From positions 17,174,001 through 17,238,000 of the forward strand of contig OZ024754.1 in the NCBI GenBank assembly GCA_964016885.1: a stretch of DNA of 64,000 nucleotides. Direction: 5' to 3'. Made by a program: the position numbers and the translations under genes. Position 1 is the stretch's first letter, and each line of letters opens with the position of its first letter. Under the pieces are notes generated by a model. The model was not told the origin of the DNA, searched no databases, and saw nothing but the letters and a program-made list of their open reading frames with translations. This DNA is from Eledone cirrhosa (lineage: Eukaryota). Shown piece by piece: positions 25,991 through 39,826 of this stretch.

Positions 25991-26480
25991 GGTGCGGACG
26001 GTATTTAGAACAGACTTATGGTTTTTATTAAATGCTTATATAATAACAAAAAAAAACTGTATTCTTATAAAAATAACATAAACATAAAGCTAAATTATAA
26101 ATTTAATAATTTCATTCAATAAAACCACCATAAGCATTAATAACTGTCTTTACGCGGGGTCAAAATCGTTTGCAATCTCGGATTAAGTGGTCCTTGTTAA
26201 TATCGGACATGACTTGAACTATGGCAACTTTCAAAGAATCTTTGGTGCTATGGAGGTGTTCGTTGACATTTTTCTCAACAGTGCTCCATACATAGTAGTC
26301 CAGTGGATTGAGATCTGGAGAATTAGGAGGCCAAATGTTGGGGGTGATGTGATCATAGAAATTGTCAGCTATCCATTCTTGTGTCATTTGAGCCTTGTGT
26401 GATGGTGCAGAATCTTGTTGAAAGACATAAGGCCTTCCAATGCATACACTGTTGATCCAAGGATTAAAAATGTTTACAAA
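25988..26480 (-). mobile_element. Second DD37D (maT) family, 3' fragment with terminal repeat
   Basis: QQDSAPSH...WPPNSPDLNPLDYYVW (D-37-D); terminus TA|CAGGGTGCGGAC at 25988. Confidence 0.85.
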
Positions 26481-26672
26481 CTATCAGAGGGAATATACAT
26501 ACGTACACATATATATATATATATATGCTGTCTTCAGAAATAAACAAATTTTCAATAAACAATTATCATTATTTCTGAAGACAGCATATATATGTGTAGC
26601 TATGTATATTCCCTCTGATAGTTTGCAACATTTTTTACATAGATCTATATGATATACATACAACATACACAT
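26465..26672 (+). mobile_element. Fold-back element (arms ~26465-26543 / ~26569-26637)
   Basis: Inverted arms containing TTTCTGAAGACAGCAT; it abuts and truncates the maT fragment. Confidence 0.6.
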
Positions 26673-27825
26673 ATATATCCTAGAAACGATTGTAAAATGA
26701 TGAATTTTTTAATATAAGGAACTGTTTCTTTGTTTTCATTCATTGTTTTTATTAATTTATCTTGACTCTGTTTTCCTGTGATTTTCATTAAAAAAAATTT
26801 TTCATGATATTTGGATTACATTGAGTTCTTCATACAGATTGGACACTACCGTATATTTTGGTAGATTTATCTACATATATATATATACACACACATACAT
26901 ATATATAGAGTGAGAGAGATTGCCTCATATCATAGTAAGACATTACAATTATGTGGTCTGTAATAAGTTGCTATAGTAATTACTGTATTTATTGCCACCA
27001 ATTGGTAACGTTTATATAATATAGTTGTTGAAGATAAAAGATTTAATCTTCTAGTGAGAATAAAACATAAATCTGTTGATATATAGCAATAGTTTAATAC
27101 AATCAAGTTATCTCTCTTATGTAGAGAACACATTAAATTCTCCAGAATATTGGAAACTATTATCACTCCAGATTTAACCGAACATCACTTTATTCATTTT
27201 ATAATTGTTTTCAAGAACTATCTTATTCTATTTTAAACTATTTTGATGCCAATCTACTTGAAACCGCCATTGCTTCTACAATACAAAACTTTTGTTTTAA
27301 AATATTCAATTTTATCTTAAACCCTTCTATCATTATTGCATGTAAGAACCATTGTTAGGTTATGTTCCAAGCACTAGCTTAACAATGAGATAATTGATGC
27401 TATTACTAAATCCCTCCATTTTTTCCTCTAATTATCTTTAAAATGATTTGAAAATCATGGCCAGTGACTTTCACTAGAAATTGGGTAATGAAAGGATTAA
27501 GGAATTTAACTAAGAAATCTTTCCTTCAAAATTTTATGTAAGAATGTTTGTTATGTTCCAAACCAAATTGATAGTTAGCTGCATTACTAAATGCTTCCAA
27601 ATTCTTGATTATTCCAAAATTATTTTAAAATCATCAGCAGTGTCTTTCATTAGAAATATGGTAATGAAATATTTACATTCTTTTACTGGTTTCAGTCAAT
27701 TGACAGTCGGCATATCATTTTGATCTTATTGCACCACTATATGTATATTATATATATATATAATTAAAATATACACCTTGACCCCCCCCCCCCCCCATGT
27801 ATCTATATATCTATAAATCTATCTA

Positions 27826-27883
<58 letters not shown>

Positions 27884-28568
27884 CGTCATCAATTAATGTC
27901 CGTTCACCCAAGTCAGTACTTAATCAAAGCTACTGTGTTTTCAGATGGGTTTGGACATGCAAATCGCATGTATATATACAACAAGCGTGAACCTAATATA
28001 ATTGTGTACAATTGCCTCCTGCACACACTCACTGGATATCCACAGAATTTTGATCTACTGAATTTTTCTCACTCCTTATGTTAGAAGATACTTGCCCAAG
28101 GCTATGTTAGAAGATACTTGCCCAAAGTGCTATGTAATACAATCAAAATGATCAAATACAAAACTGTGTGGTTAAGTAGCCAAATTCTTAACCACTGCCA
28201 CTCATGTCTGCTTTCTGGCTCACATTTTTTGGACTCTGGACTATTGATTCTTTCTCCCAACACTAATTTAATATTCACAATGAATGTGTGTTACAATAAC
28301 AGAACCCTAATCTAAAAGGAATTCCTCCAAACATATCAGATTAGCTCATTTACAGCTATCAGATGGTTCCATCATAGCCGAACAAAGAAAATCACTGTAA
28401 TAATGCATGTATAGCCAAGGAATATTATTAGAAATAGATTTATCAATCTAATTTATCATGCTCTTCATACACTCTCCCCCCCCCCCCCCTCTCTCTCTCA
28501 GTATAAAGATTTTGAAGACTGACTGACAGTCAGAGAGATATTGTGTTATTGCTACCATAAACAAATAG

Positions 28569-28608
<40 letters not shown>

Positions 28609-30520
28609 TTAACATCCATGTTTCCCTGCTAGCAAGGGTTGGACTATATTTTTAAATGGATACTTTTAGATATCTGTTAAAATTGGGATAACTTAATATT
28701 TGTCTTAATAGCTTCTAGCAAAAGAAATTCATTCCCAATTGTAAATAATTATTTCATTGCTATAGGGTTCTATTGACTCTGTTAGGGCTGGGTTACCTAA
28801 CCCTAACTAATAATAATTTCTTTATTAGCCACACAGGGCTCACATTAAGGAAACATTAAAGATGATACAGTGTTGGTTTTTCTTTGTGTAAAATATAATT
28901 TATAAAAGAGACTTAGAAAATAAACATTTAAAACAAACATAACAAATTCCCCAAAGGTGAAGAAACTCCCAGTTTTTCTAATCCAATCTACAGGCATATA
29001 CTCAAGGCAGGCCCATTCACACAGACAATACTTGCCACTCTCACACACCTTTCAACAAACTGGTTGGAAGGCAGCACTTCCCTCTCCACCCTGATTTTCC
29101 TCTTCAAGTGAAATCTGAAAAATTTATGATTTATCTACATTCGTTATTTAATTTCTTATTTCATTTTATTTCTTTTCTTTTCCTTCTATTTTTCATTTCC
29201 TTATTCCTTATTGCTTTATATAATTTTTTTTTTCAATGAAATTTATAAATTACAAAATAAAAGTAATTTTACTCCAACTATTAAAAAAAAAATCTTAAAA
29301 TCTACATAAAATCTACAGCCTTTCTAAATCCACATTCATATATCAACTAGTGTACCCTTGTCATAAAAAAATGATGATATGTTTATCAATTATAGAGAAT
29401 AGTTCAACTGGTAAAAAATTACAGGTGAAACTATTGATTAATTTCTTACCTAAGCACTGCAAACTTTATATCTATATAAAAATGTTTTTTTTATCATAGT
29501 GACATATTGAAACAATAGTAAAATTTTGCTTCAATGGATGTTGGTGGCTGTAATACATTTGTATTATTTTCAATTATAGAATTTATTATATATAAATTGT
29601 ATATGTTCTTATGGCAGTGTATATATACAAACTAAGGTATTAACAGACACTAAATACACTTCATCCTTTCTCTGTTTCTGCTTCAGTTTATCATTATACT
29701 TTCAGTGTGTTGGTAAAGTAGAGCACAACTGAAAGATTTACATGTAGATATTATTATAGAAGCTCTTTTATCATGATATTTATAGTAAAACTGCAAATTC
29801 TATGAACAGTTCAGGTTTTCCATTGTTATTTATTAGTATACAAAGTCTGGGTTAAAGCAGACTAAAGCTAACCTCATACTCTAACCTTCTCTCATTTTCA
29901 TTCACTCATTCACTTTTTTCCTGTCTGACACCTCCTTCTTCCACTCACCTACTCTGTATTGTTTGACAGGATCCTACTTCCACCTTATCACATGACAGCA
30001 AACAAAAACACTAAGCTCATTATTATATGTGGAATATCATTGTTAGCATTGGTTTAATTCTTAGCAGATTAAAAAATATATATAATCTTGAATATTTTCC
30101 CCACATCTCCTTTTATGAAAGACACAGGATATGTTTTTAGATGAAAGTTTCTGTGGAGATGTATTACAGTGTAAAATATAAAAGAAGAATAAACAAAATT
30201 AAAAATCGATTGAAATATATAATAGAGAAAGCAAACCTTAATTGATGATGATGGTATAGACAAATTTAATGTTTTCAGAAATTCTGTTATTCATAACTTA
30301 CTAAGAATACTTCCACCTTTGCTGCTCCTTAGAAACCATTGATTACTTAGGAAGAATGAAATGTTGCAACCAAACAAGTTAAATATTTTCTTTTAATAGA
30401 CATCATTTCAGAGGAATTTTATCCACCAGAAATTTCATTCACTTTAATAATGTTATTACAATAAGTTTCTACACATTAAATCATTTTAATTCTAATATTG
30501 ATTGTAATTTCAGGTGTTAG

Positions 30521-31236
30521 GTTTAATCCTGTCATTACCATATTTCTAATGAAAGACACAGTCTATGTCATTAACCCTTTCACTACCATATTTCTAATGA
30601 AAGACACTGCCTATGTCATTAACCCTTTCACTACCATATTTCTAATGAAAGACCTGCCTATGTCTTTAACTTTTTCATTACCATATTTCTAATGAAAGAC
30701 ACTGTCTATGTCTTTAACCCTTTCACTACCATATTTCTAATAAAAGACACTGTCTATGACTTTAACTCTTTCATTACCATATATCTAATAAAGACACTGT
30801 CTATGTCTTTAACTCTTTCATTACCATATTTCTAATGAAAAACACTGCCTACGTCATTAACCCTTTCACTACCATATATCTATTGAAAGACACTGTCTAT
30901 GTCTTTAACCCTTTCACTACCATATATCTAATGAAAGACACTGTCTATGTCTTTAACTCTTTCATTACCATATTTCTAATGAAAGACACTGTCTATGTCT
31001 TTAACCCTTTCATTACTATATTTCTGATGAAAGACATTGTCTATGTCTTTAACTCTTTCATTACCATATTTCTAATGAAAGACACTGCCTACGTCTTTAA
31101 CCCTTTCACTACCATATATCTATTGAAAGACACTGTCTATGTCTTTAACCCTTTCACTACCATATATCTAATGAAAGACACTGTCTATGTCTTTAACTCT
31201 TTCATTACCATATATCTAATAAAGACACTGCCTATG
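30521..31236. repeat. 48-bp minisatellite (~15 copies) made of a piggyBac-like MITE left end
   Basis: Unit TTAACCCTTTCA(C/T)TACCATATTTCTAATGAAAGACACTGTCTATGTCT continues directly into the MITE family A body up to ~31410. Confidence 0.9.
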
Positions 31237-31727
31237 ATTTTTAAATCATTCTGGGAATAATAAAAAAAATTGGAGGTATTTAATAGTATTACTATCTTTG
31301 TCATCATAAAGCTGGTGTTTGGAGCTCAATGGACGTAGCTAAGTATAAGTATTTTAGATAAACAGCTTAGTATTGTAGAATCAGGGGTATCATGAAGTTT
31401 GGTATCAAATGTTTTTGTTTTGTTTTTTTTTTAAAGGTGGGGGTGGCGGGCGTCTCAAAACCAACATGCTAATTAGTTATGTGAAAATTACAGAAACCTG
31501 AAAATATGGATTTGTAGGTAATTTTTTATATATTTAATGCAGTTTTATCTTGCCTTTATTCTAAAATGTGTCTTAGTATAGAAAATATTTACTTTAAATT
31601 CATCTCAAAATAATAGTTGTAAAATATTTGTTTTGGGAGAGAGGAAAATATCCCTATACTGAATACCTGGCCTAAATAGTACTGGATTCAACTATAAAAA
31701 CACTCAAGGGCTAGGTAGTTCTGTTAA

Positions 31728-31949
31728 CCCTTTACCATTTACATTACTCTATATATATACTATTGTATTTTTGCCATAAAAGCTTTATTATACATAATTA
31801 TCTCACATAATATTGAATTTACAAGATTTTGATGTTATTTATTTTGAGAACACCACCATAAGGTCAGTATGAGTGGCCGGTTAAAGCCAGTTTGAACAGA
31901 AAGGGTGAGAGAATTCTGGCCGGATATGGCCAGTTTAAATGCTAAATGG
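31728..31949 (+). mobile_element. piggyBac-like MITE family B (other copies 38037-38256, 44073-44280, ~18815-19025, ~16957-17160, ~10200-10385, ~38705-38922, ~44520-44684)
   Basis: TIR consensus CCCTTTAGCATTTA, TTAA on both sides, ~220 bp, many copies in the window. Confidence 0.85.
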
Positions 31950-32559
31950 TTAAACTGTGTGATGGATTAAAAGTCTGCTACCTAAGTAGGCCACATAAGG
32001 ATTTGAACTAAAAACACAGCAGGAACAAATACCACAAGGCATCTACAATTCCACATTCCATTGCCCTAGACTGGTACTTCATTTATCAATCCCCAGAAGG
32101 ATAAATGGGAAAGTTGAACTCAGAATGCAACAAACCATTTCATTTTCTGTAATGTGTCAGCCATTTTCTACCTTCATTTTTGATGGATTCTTTTCATTGT
32201 TTCTCTCTTTCCCCATTATTGGCAAATTCCAATCATTAAACAGATAAAATTATTCTGCAAGCTTCTTGATGTGTGCCAATCCCAAATTATAGCCTCTGTT
32301 ATTGACTTAGTAAATATACACTTCATTTGCATACTCTTGTCGATTCCTAGAATCACAAACAGATCTTCATTTTTTTTTTTAAATCTGCTTCACCAATTAT
32401 GATGAGTTTTGCTGTAAAAATGTTTACCATTGGAATGTGTACAAACAGTCAGCAACATTTTGTTAACAATAACGGTTCATGACAATAACTCGGTTATATA
32501 TATATATATATGTATATATAAATATATATATATATATATACACACATACATTCATATAT

Positions 32560-32604
<45 letters not shown>

Positions 32605-32606
<2 letters not shown>

Positions 32607-32830
32607 GAAATAATAATAAATTTGAAGACTAAAATCCAAAGAGGGCTCGATAAGGATAAATATATATCAGATATATAAGAACCGTAGAGCAAATATTTAT
32701 TAAAATAACAGATTAAAGTTTAAGCAAAGAATCGCTGCTTTGACCCTTAACGGGATCTTCTGAAACTCAGAAGATCCCGTTAAGGGTGAAAGCAGCGATT
32801 CTTTACTTAAACTTTAATCTGTTATTTTAA

Positions 32831-32833
<3 letters not shown>
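32605..32833 (-). mobile_element. Short fold-back copy of the Penelope-like family at 57521-59250
   Basis: Tail 32605-32696 and arms ~32697-32767 / ~32767-32833 match 59085-59250 almost base for base. Confidence 0.9.
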
Positions 32834-32888
<55 letters not shown>

Positions 32889-32933
32889 TATATATATATA
32901 TACATACATATATCTATATATATACATATATAT

Positions 32934-33764
32934 CATCATCATCATCATCATCATCATCATTTTACGTCCGCTTTTCCCTGCTTGCAAGGGTGGGACGGGT
33001 CTTATTCAGCACAGCATCTCTCCACTCGTCACGGTCCTTCGTCATCTCCACTGTGAGCTTCAATGATCTGAGGTCTGTTCTCACCACCTCCGCCCATGTT
33101 TTTCGTGGTCTACCTCTACCACGTCTTCCTTCAACTGGCATTTCCTGGCACTTCTTCACCCATCGGTCATCCTCCATGCGCATCACATGTCCATACCACC
33201 TCAGTCTCCTCTCCCGTACACTACATTCTATCCCTCTCAGACACAGTTTCTCTCTCAACACATTTATGCTGGGTCGTTCACGCACATTTACACTGCACAT
33301 CCAACGGAGCATGCTTGCCTCATTTCTCTCCAGCCGTCGCATATCTTCTGCGGTAGCTGCCCATGTCTCACTACCATGCAGCATCGCGCTCCTCACACAG
33401 GCATCATACAACCGGCCTTTCGTACGCAGGGAGAAACCCTTCTTCGTCAACAGAGGAAGCAGCTCCCTAAACTTCTTCCAACCCGTCCTTATTCTAGATA
33501 CTATGGCCTCGGAACACCCTCCTCCCATGCTAATCTGATCTCCTAGGTACCGGAAGCTATCCACCACTTCTATAGCGCCCTCTCGCATTTGAAAAATGTG
33601 TCTATCAGTGCGACTTCTACTGTCTAATTTCCCTGTACATCTACTGCATACATATTTCTCCCTACCTGTTAGTTTGCCTGCTATCCTGCTACATCTCTTG
33701 TGTACCCAGGACCTACATTGTGTGCATTTTATAGAATTTATGCCAGTTCCTTTTCTGCATATCG

Positions 33765-33767
<3 letters not shown>
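32934..33767 (-). mobile_element. 5'-truncated RTE LINE (second family), (GAT)n tail
   Basis: ORF 33588-32962 has SFRYLGD, HGSETW, RRLRWYGHVMRM and GRPRKTW; the stop codon directly precedes the GAT tail. Confidence 0.92.
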
Positions 33768-33824
<57 letters not shown>

Positions 33825-33867
33825 CATATGTATATATATATACACATACATATGTATATATATATAG

Positions 33868-34080
33868 GTAAGTTATTCCGGGTTAAATCGGAGGTAGCCA
33901 CAGTAGGTAAGGTACTCAATACATAGCAGAGTATAAAAGTTTTAATATAGATGAGATTCTACAGGACTAGAACTATTTCATTCTTTAGAAATCATCAGGA
34001 TTTCTAAAGAATGATTCCTGATGATTTCTAAAGAATGAAACAGTTCTAGTCCTGTAGAATCTCATCTATATTAAAACTAT
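33868..34080 (-). mobile_element. Fold-back Penelope-like element with hammerhead (34013-34061 +, mirrored on -); same family as 62294-62495
   Basis: GATTC-CTGATGA-TTTC(TAAA)GAAT-GAAA-CAG(TTCTAGTC)CTG-TA-GAATC; tail at 33868-33937. Confidence 0.82.
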
Positions 34081-34103
34081 ATATATATATACACACACAT
34101 ATA

Positions 34104-35192
34104 TTGGTTTTGTGCCTCGGAAAAGTACAACAGATGCCCTCTTCTTAGTGAGGCATCTACAAGAGAGGTTCTTAGAGAAGAATAAGTCACTATACTTAGC
34201 TTTTGTTGACCTAGAGAAGGCCTTTGATAGGTACCCCGATCTGTCATCTGGTGGTCCCTAAGGAAACTAGCTGTAGAGGAATGGCTTGTGAGGACAGTGC
34301 AAGCTATGTAGAGGGGTGCTGTCAGTAAAGTGAGAATAGGAATGGAGTTTAGTGAGGAATTCCATATACAAGTAGGTGTACATCAGGGTTCGGTCCTCAG
34401 CTCGCTCTTGTTCATTATAGTCCTCCAAGCCATAACAGAGGAGTTTAAGACTGGCTGCCCATGGGAACTTCTCTATGCTGATGATCTGGTTCTTATAGCA
34501 GAATCAGTAGAGGCGCTAGAGAATAAATTCTGGCTATGGAAACAGCAGTTGGAATCAAGGGGACTGAGAGTGAACCTAGCTAAGACAAAAGTGTTGATGA
34601 GTAGAAAAGAGGACAATACTCCGATTCCATCAGGGAAATGGCCATGTACGATATGTAGGAAAGGAACTGGCATAAATTCCATAAAATGTACGCAATGCAG
34701 ATCTTGGGTACACAAGAGATGTAGTGGGATAGCAGGCAAACTAACAGGTAGGGAAAACTACGTATGCAGCAGATGTCCAGGGAAAGTTGGCAATACTAAT
34801 CGCAGTGATAGACACATTTTTTCCAATGCAGGTGGGTTCTATAGAAGTGGTTCATACCTTCCGGTACCTAGGAGATTAGATTAGCATGGGAGGGAGTGTT
34901 CCGAGGCCATAGTATCTAGAATAAGGACGGGCTGGAAGAAGTTTAGGGAGCTGCTTCCTCTGTTGACAAAGAAGGGTTTCTCCCTGCGTACGAAAGGACT
35001 CCTATATGATGCCTGTGTGAGATGCGCGATGCTGCATGGTAGTGGGACATGGGCAGCAACTGCAGAGGATATGTGACGACTGGAGAGAAATGAGGCAAGC
35101 ATGCTCCGTTGGATGTGCAGTGTAAATGTGCGTGAACGACCCAGCATAAATGTGTTGAGAGAGAAACTGTGTCTGAGAGGGATAGAATGTAG
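34104..35192 (+). mobile_element. RTE LINE internal fragment (RT core), defective
   Basis: GFVPRKSTTDA, FVDLEKAFD, GVHQGSVLS, LLYADDLVL, NLAKTK and the PHD-like finger; frameshifts and stops. Confidence 0.92.
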
Positions 35193-35639
35193 TGTACTCT
35201 GATATAACACCTGCAACCCTGATGGTATCCAATGATGTTGACTTGTTCTTTTTGGTAAATATCATCTTGGTTAAGAGAGTGGGACTGGCTTTGTGCAGTG
35301 CCTTTGCTCACTATAAAAGCTTCACGGCACAGGCATTGCTTTATATCTGGAGATCTCCCTGCACTTGTCATCACATGGTACCATGGGCCCAGCACTATGT
35401 GTCAATAATTGTCACAAGTGTAGTGTTTGTACCAGAGTTTTCAAGTCGCTGGCTGGACTAAAAAGTCACACTCGTTCAGCGCATCGATAGGGGTTCTCTA
35501 CATGGATATAAAGTAGTGGCCGTACTCGAAAACGAGTTGGCAGCCACCATGTGTATATATATGTATGTATGTATATATAATCTTTATCAGCACTTTACAC
35601 CCATTTTCTATGACCACATGGATTAAACCAGGTGTACTG

Positions 35640-37615
35640 CCATTTTACAGTATGGGCTGTGTCCATTTTATTGTGACACCACTGCTACCCCATTCTAGTG
35701 TGGGCTGTGTCCATTTTATTGTGACACCACTGCTACCCCATTCTAGTGTGGGCTGTGTGTATTTTATTGTGACACCACTGCTACCCCATTCTAGTGTGGG
35801 CTGTGTGCATTTTATTGTGACACCACTGCTACCCCATTCTAGTGTGGGCTGTGTCCATTTTATTGTAACACCACTGCTACCCCATTCTAGTGTGGGCTGT
35901 GTCCATTTTATTGTGACACCACTGCTACCCCATTCTAGTGTGGGCTGTGTCCATTTTATTGTGACACCACTGCTATCACATTCTAGTGTGGGCTGTGTCC
36001 ATTTTATTGTGACACCACTGCTACCCCATTCTAGTGTGGGCTGTGTGTATTTTATTGTAACACCACTGCTACCCCATTCTAGTGTGGGCTGTGTGCATTT
36101 TATTGTGACACCACTGCTACCCCATTCTAGTGTGGGCTGTGTCCATTTTATTGTAACACCACTGCTACCCCATTCTAGTGTGGGCTGTGTCCATTTTATT
36201 GTGACACCACTGCTACCCCATTCTAGTGTGGGCTGTGTCCATTTTATTGTGACACCACTGCTACCCCATTCTAGTGTGGGCTGTGTGCATTTTATTGTGA
36301 CACCACTGCTACCCCATTCTAGTGTGGGCTGCGTCCATTTTATTGTAACACCACTGCTACCCCATTCTAGTGTGGGCTGTGTGCATTTTATTGTGACACC
36401 ACTGCTACCCCATTCTAGTGTGGGCTGCGTCCATTTTATTGTAACACCACTGCTACCCCATTCTAGTGTGGGCTGTGTCCATTTTATTGTGACACCACTG
36501 CTACCCCATTCTAGTGTGGGCTGTGTGCATTTTATTGTGACACCACTGCTACCCCATTCTAGTGTGGGCTGTGTCCATTTTATTGTGACACCACTGCTAC
36601 CCCATTCTAGTGTGGGCTGTGTGCATTTTATTGTGACACCACTGCTACCCCATTCTAGTGTGGGCTGTGTGCATTTTATTGTGACACCACTGCTACCACA
36701 TTCTAGTGTGGGCTGTGTCCATTTTATTGTAACACCACTGCTACCCCATTCTAGTGTGGGCTGTGTGCATTTTATTGTGACACCACTGCTACCCCATTCT
36801 AGTGTGGGCTGTGTCCATTTTATTGTGACACCACTGCTACCACATTCTAGTGTGGGCTGTGTCCATTTTATTGTGACACCACTGCTACCCCATTCTAGTG
36901 TGGGCTGTGTGCATTTTATTGTGACACCACTGCTACCCCATTCTAGTGTGGGCTGTGTCCATTTTATTGTGACACCACTGCTACCCCATTCTAGTGTGGG
37001 CTGTGTGCATTTTATTGTGACACCACTGCTACCCCATTCTAGTGTGGGCTGTGTGCATTTTATTGTGACACCACTGCTACCACATTCTAGTGTGGGCTGT
37101 GTCCATTTTATTGTAACACCACTGCTACCCCATTCTAGTGTGGGCTGTGTGCATTTTATTGTGACACCACTGCTACCCCATTCTAGTGTGGGCTGTGTCC
37201 ATTTTATTGTGACACCACTGCTACCACATTCTAGTGTGGGCTGTGTCCATTTTATTGTGACACCACTGCTACCACATTCTAGTGTGGGCTGTGTGTATTT
37301 TATTGTGACACCACTGCTATCACATTCTAGTGTGGGCTGTGTCCATTTTATTGTGACACCACTGCTACCCCATTCTAGTGTGGGCTGTGTGCATTTTATT
37401 GTGACACCACTGCTACACCATTCTAGTGTGGGCTGTGTGCATTTTATTGTGACACCACTGCTACCCCATTCTAGTGTGGGCTGTGTCCATTTTATTGTGA
37501 CACCACTGCTACCCCATTCTAGTGTGGGCTGTGTGCATTTTATTGTGACACCACTGCTACCCCATTCTAGTGTGGGCTGTGTGCATTTTATTGTGACACC
37601 ACTGCTACCACATTT
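35640..37615. repeat. 48-bp minisatellite, ~41 copies
   Basis: Unit GTGTGGGCTGTGT(C/G)CATTTTATTGTGACACCACTGCTACCCCATTCTA. Confidence 0.98.
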
Positions 37616-39826
37616 TAATACTTGTATTTCTTGTATCACATTTCAACACTTATATCTTTGGCTGGGCTGAGAGGACATTGATAGAAAATAAAGAATTGTG
37701 AGAGCAGGATTTAGGCTGACTATTACTACCCCATAGAGGGAGGGATGGCCTTAGGCTGAGAGAATGATGTCTGGCAGTATTGTTGAGCAGTATGTTGGTA
37801 TGGTTGAGCAAGAGGGAGGGAAGACTTCTATTTTATGTTTGAAGTGTTTAAAGTTAGGCTCGACATCCAGGCTCAAAACTTACTGAGAGTACATGGAGAT
37901 GTTTGAATTAGTGGATATAAGCTAACAACAGCCAATACATAATTATCAATTAAACTTGGTCTGAAGTTATTGTTTAGCTCCAGGTTAACTATGATGGAAC
38001 AGAACATTTCAGTCATGACTGTCTGTTTTTTTTTAACCCTTTACCTTTTAAACTGGCCATATCTGGTCAGAATTCCCTCACCTCTTTCTGTTCAAACCAG
38101 CTGTAACTGGCCACTCATACTGATGTTAAGGTATTGTTCTCAAAATAAATAATATCAAAATCTCATAGATTCTATATTATGTGAGATAATTATGTAAGTT
38201 AAAGCCTTTACCATGAAAATACAATAGTAATATAGAGTAATGTAAATACTAAAGGGTTAAAGGGATATCTGGAAATATTTTATCCAATGCAACATTTCCT
38301 TTTTCTAGACAGCTGTGTCTAATTTGCGGAAGATTTAGCTGCTATTTCTACCAGTAATATATTATGTCCTTAGACGAGATGCACTGCACAATCAGCTGTA
38401 AAACACCTGTTTTAACAATTTATGGAAATATTCAAATTGGCAGAATTCAATATAATCTGCTTTTCTTTATTTTATATATATTTTGTAACTTAGAATTTAT
38501 ACTCTGTTTCTATCATTCTGTTTTGCTTATATTTGTTTTCCCTTAGATGATATTTATAAAGAACTGCATCTATTGCTTGTCAGTAACATAAAGTTAATTT
38601 TAACTAGTTCTGACTGTTTGTTAGTGACAAAAGTAGTCAGTCATTAGTATTTTCTATGCATAAATGCAATTATGAAGGAAAAAAAAAAGAATACTAAACT
38701 CTCTTAACGTTACTCTATATTACTATTGTATTTTCATGGTAAAGGCTTTTTCTTTCATAATTATCTCACATAATTATCTAGAATATATGAGATTTTGATA
38801 TTATTTATTTTGAAAACAATACTTTAACATCAGTATGAGTGTGGCTGGTTTCAGTCGGTTTCAAACAGAAAGAGGTTAGAGAATTCTGGTCAGATACAGC
38901 CGGTTTAAATGCTAAAGTGTTCAGCAAAATGAAGATATTAGTTTTCTTTTGTGATACTAAATCCAATGATGAAAACAGCATAAAGCAGTTTGTTGCCTTT
39001 TTGTTGCTTCATTTCTAATGAAAGACTCTGCCTAGGATTTTCAAACCATTTTGAAAATAATCAAGAATTTGGAGGGATTTAGTAATATCTCTAACTTTCT
39101 CATTATTATTAAGCTGGTCTTTGGAACCTAACTTAACACATATTCTTACATAGAATTGTGATAGAAGATTTTAACATAAATATAAACACTTTAAAATAAA
39201 GAGTTTGGTGGCGATTTGGTATCAAAAGGGTTAAAAAAAAACTTTATAAATATATATTGAATTGTGATTTGCTTGAGATGGGACAATGTTTTCAAATTTT
39301 CATTAAACAATTTTCAAAAAAATCATTGAATCCATACAATTAAAAGGCATTAGATTAAATGGAAAGTGTTTTAGAGAAAAAATGTATTCATAAAAAAGAA
39401 AGAAAAAAACATAAATGTTTTACTCAATTTGACTGCTTATCTTGCACGCTGCAGAAATATTTTTGTAGAATCTCCTTTAAGAAATACAAATAATGACTCT
39501 TTCAGTGCATCTCCCTCACCACCTCCAGGGAAACCCCTCTATTCTGTCCGCCGGGGCCACTGGGCAGCCAGCATGTGGGCCTTCATTTGCTCATAATAGT
39601 GAAAGTTGGTGAGAGCGGAAGAGATGGAAGCAATGACAGTAGGAATTTGGTTCCTTTGTGTTCAGAGCGGGTGTATATATTTATTTGCCACATCACACAT
39701 GTGATAAATACTGGACAATTACGTATATAGGGTATTCAGGACTAAATTCCTTCAAATACACATTTCTTTTCTTATATTTCTTTATATTTCTTATATTTCA
39801 CCCTACTCTTTGAAAGAATGATATAT

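Noticed and set aside
35565-37670. 701-aa and 664-aa repetitive ORFs on opposite strands
   Set aside because: They are translations of a stop-free 48-bp minisatellite that appears retroposon-derived; there is no domain or gene context.
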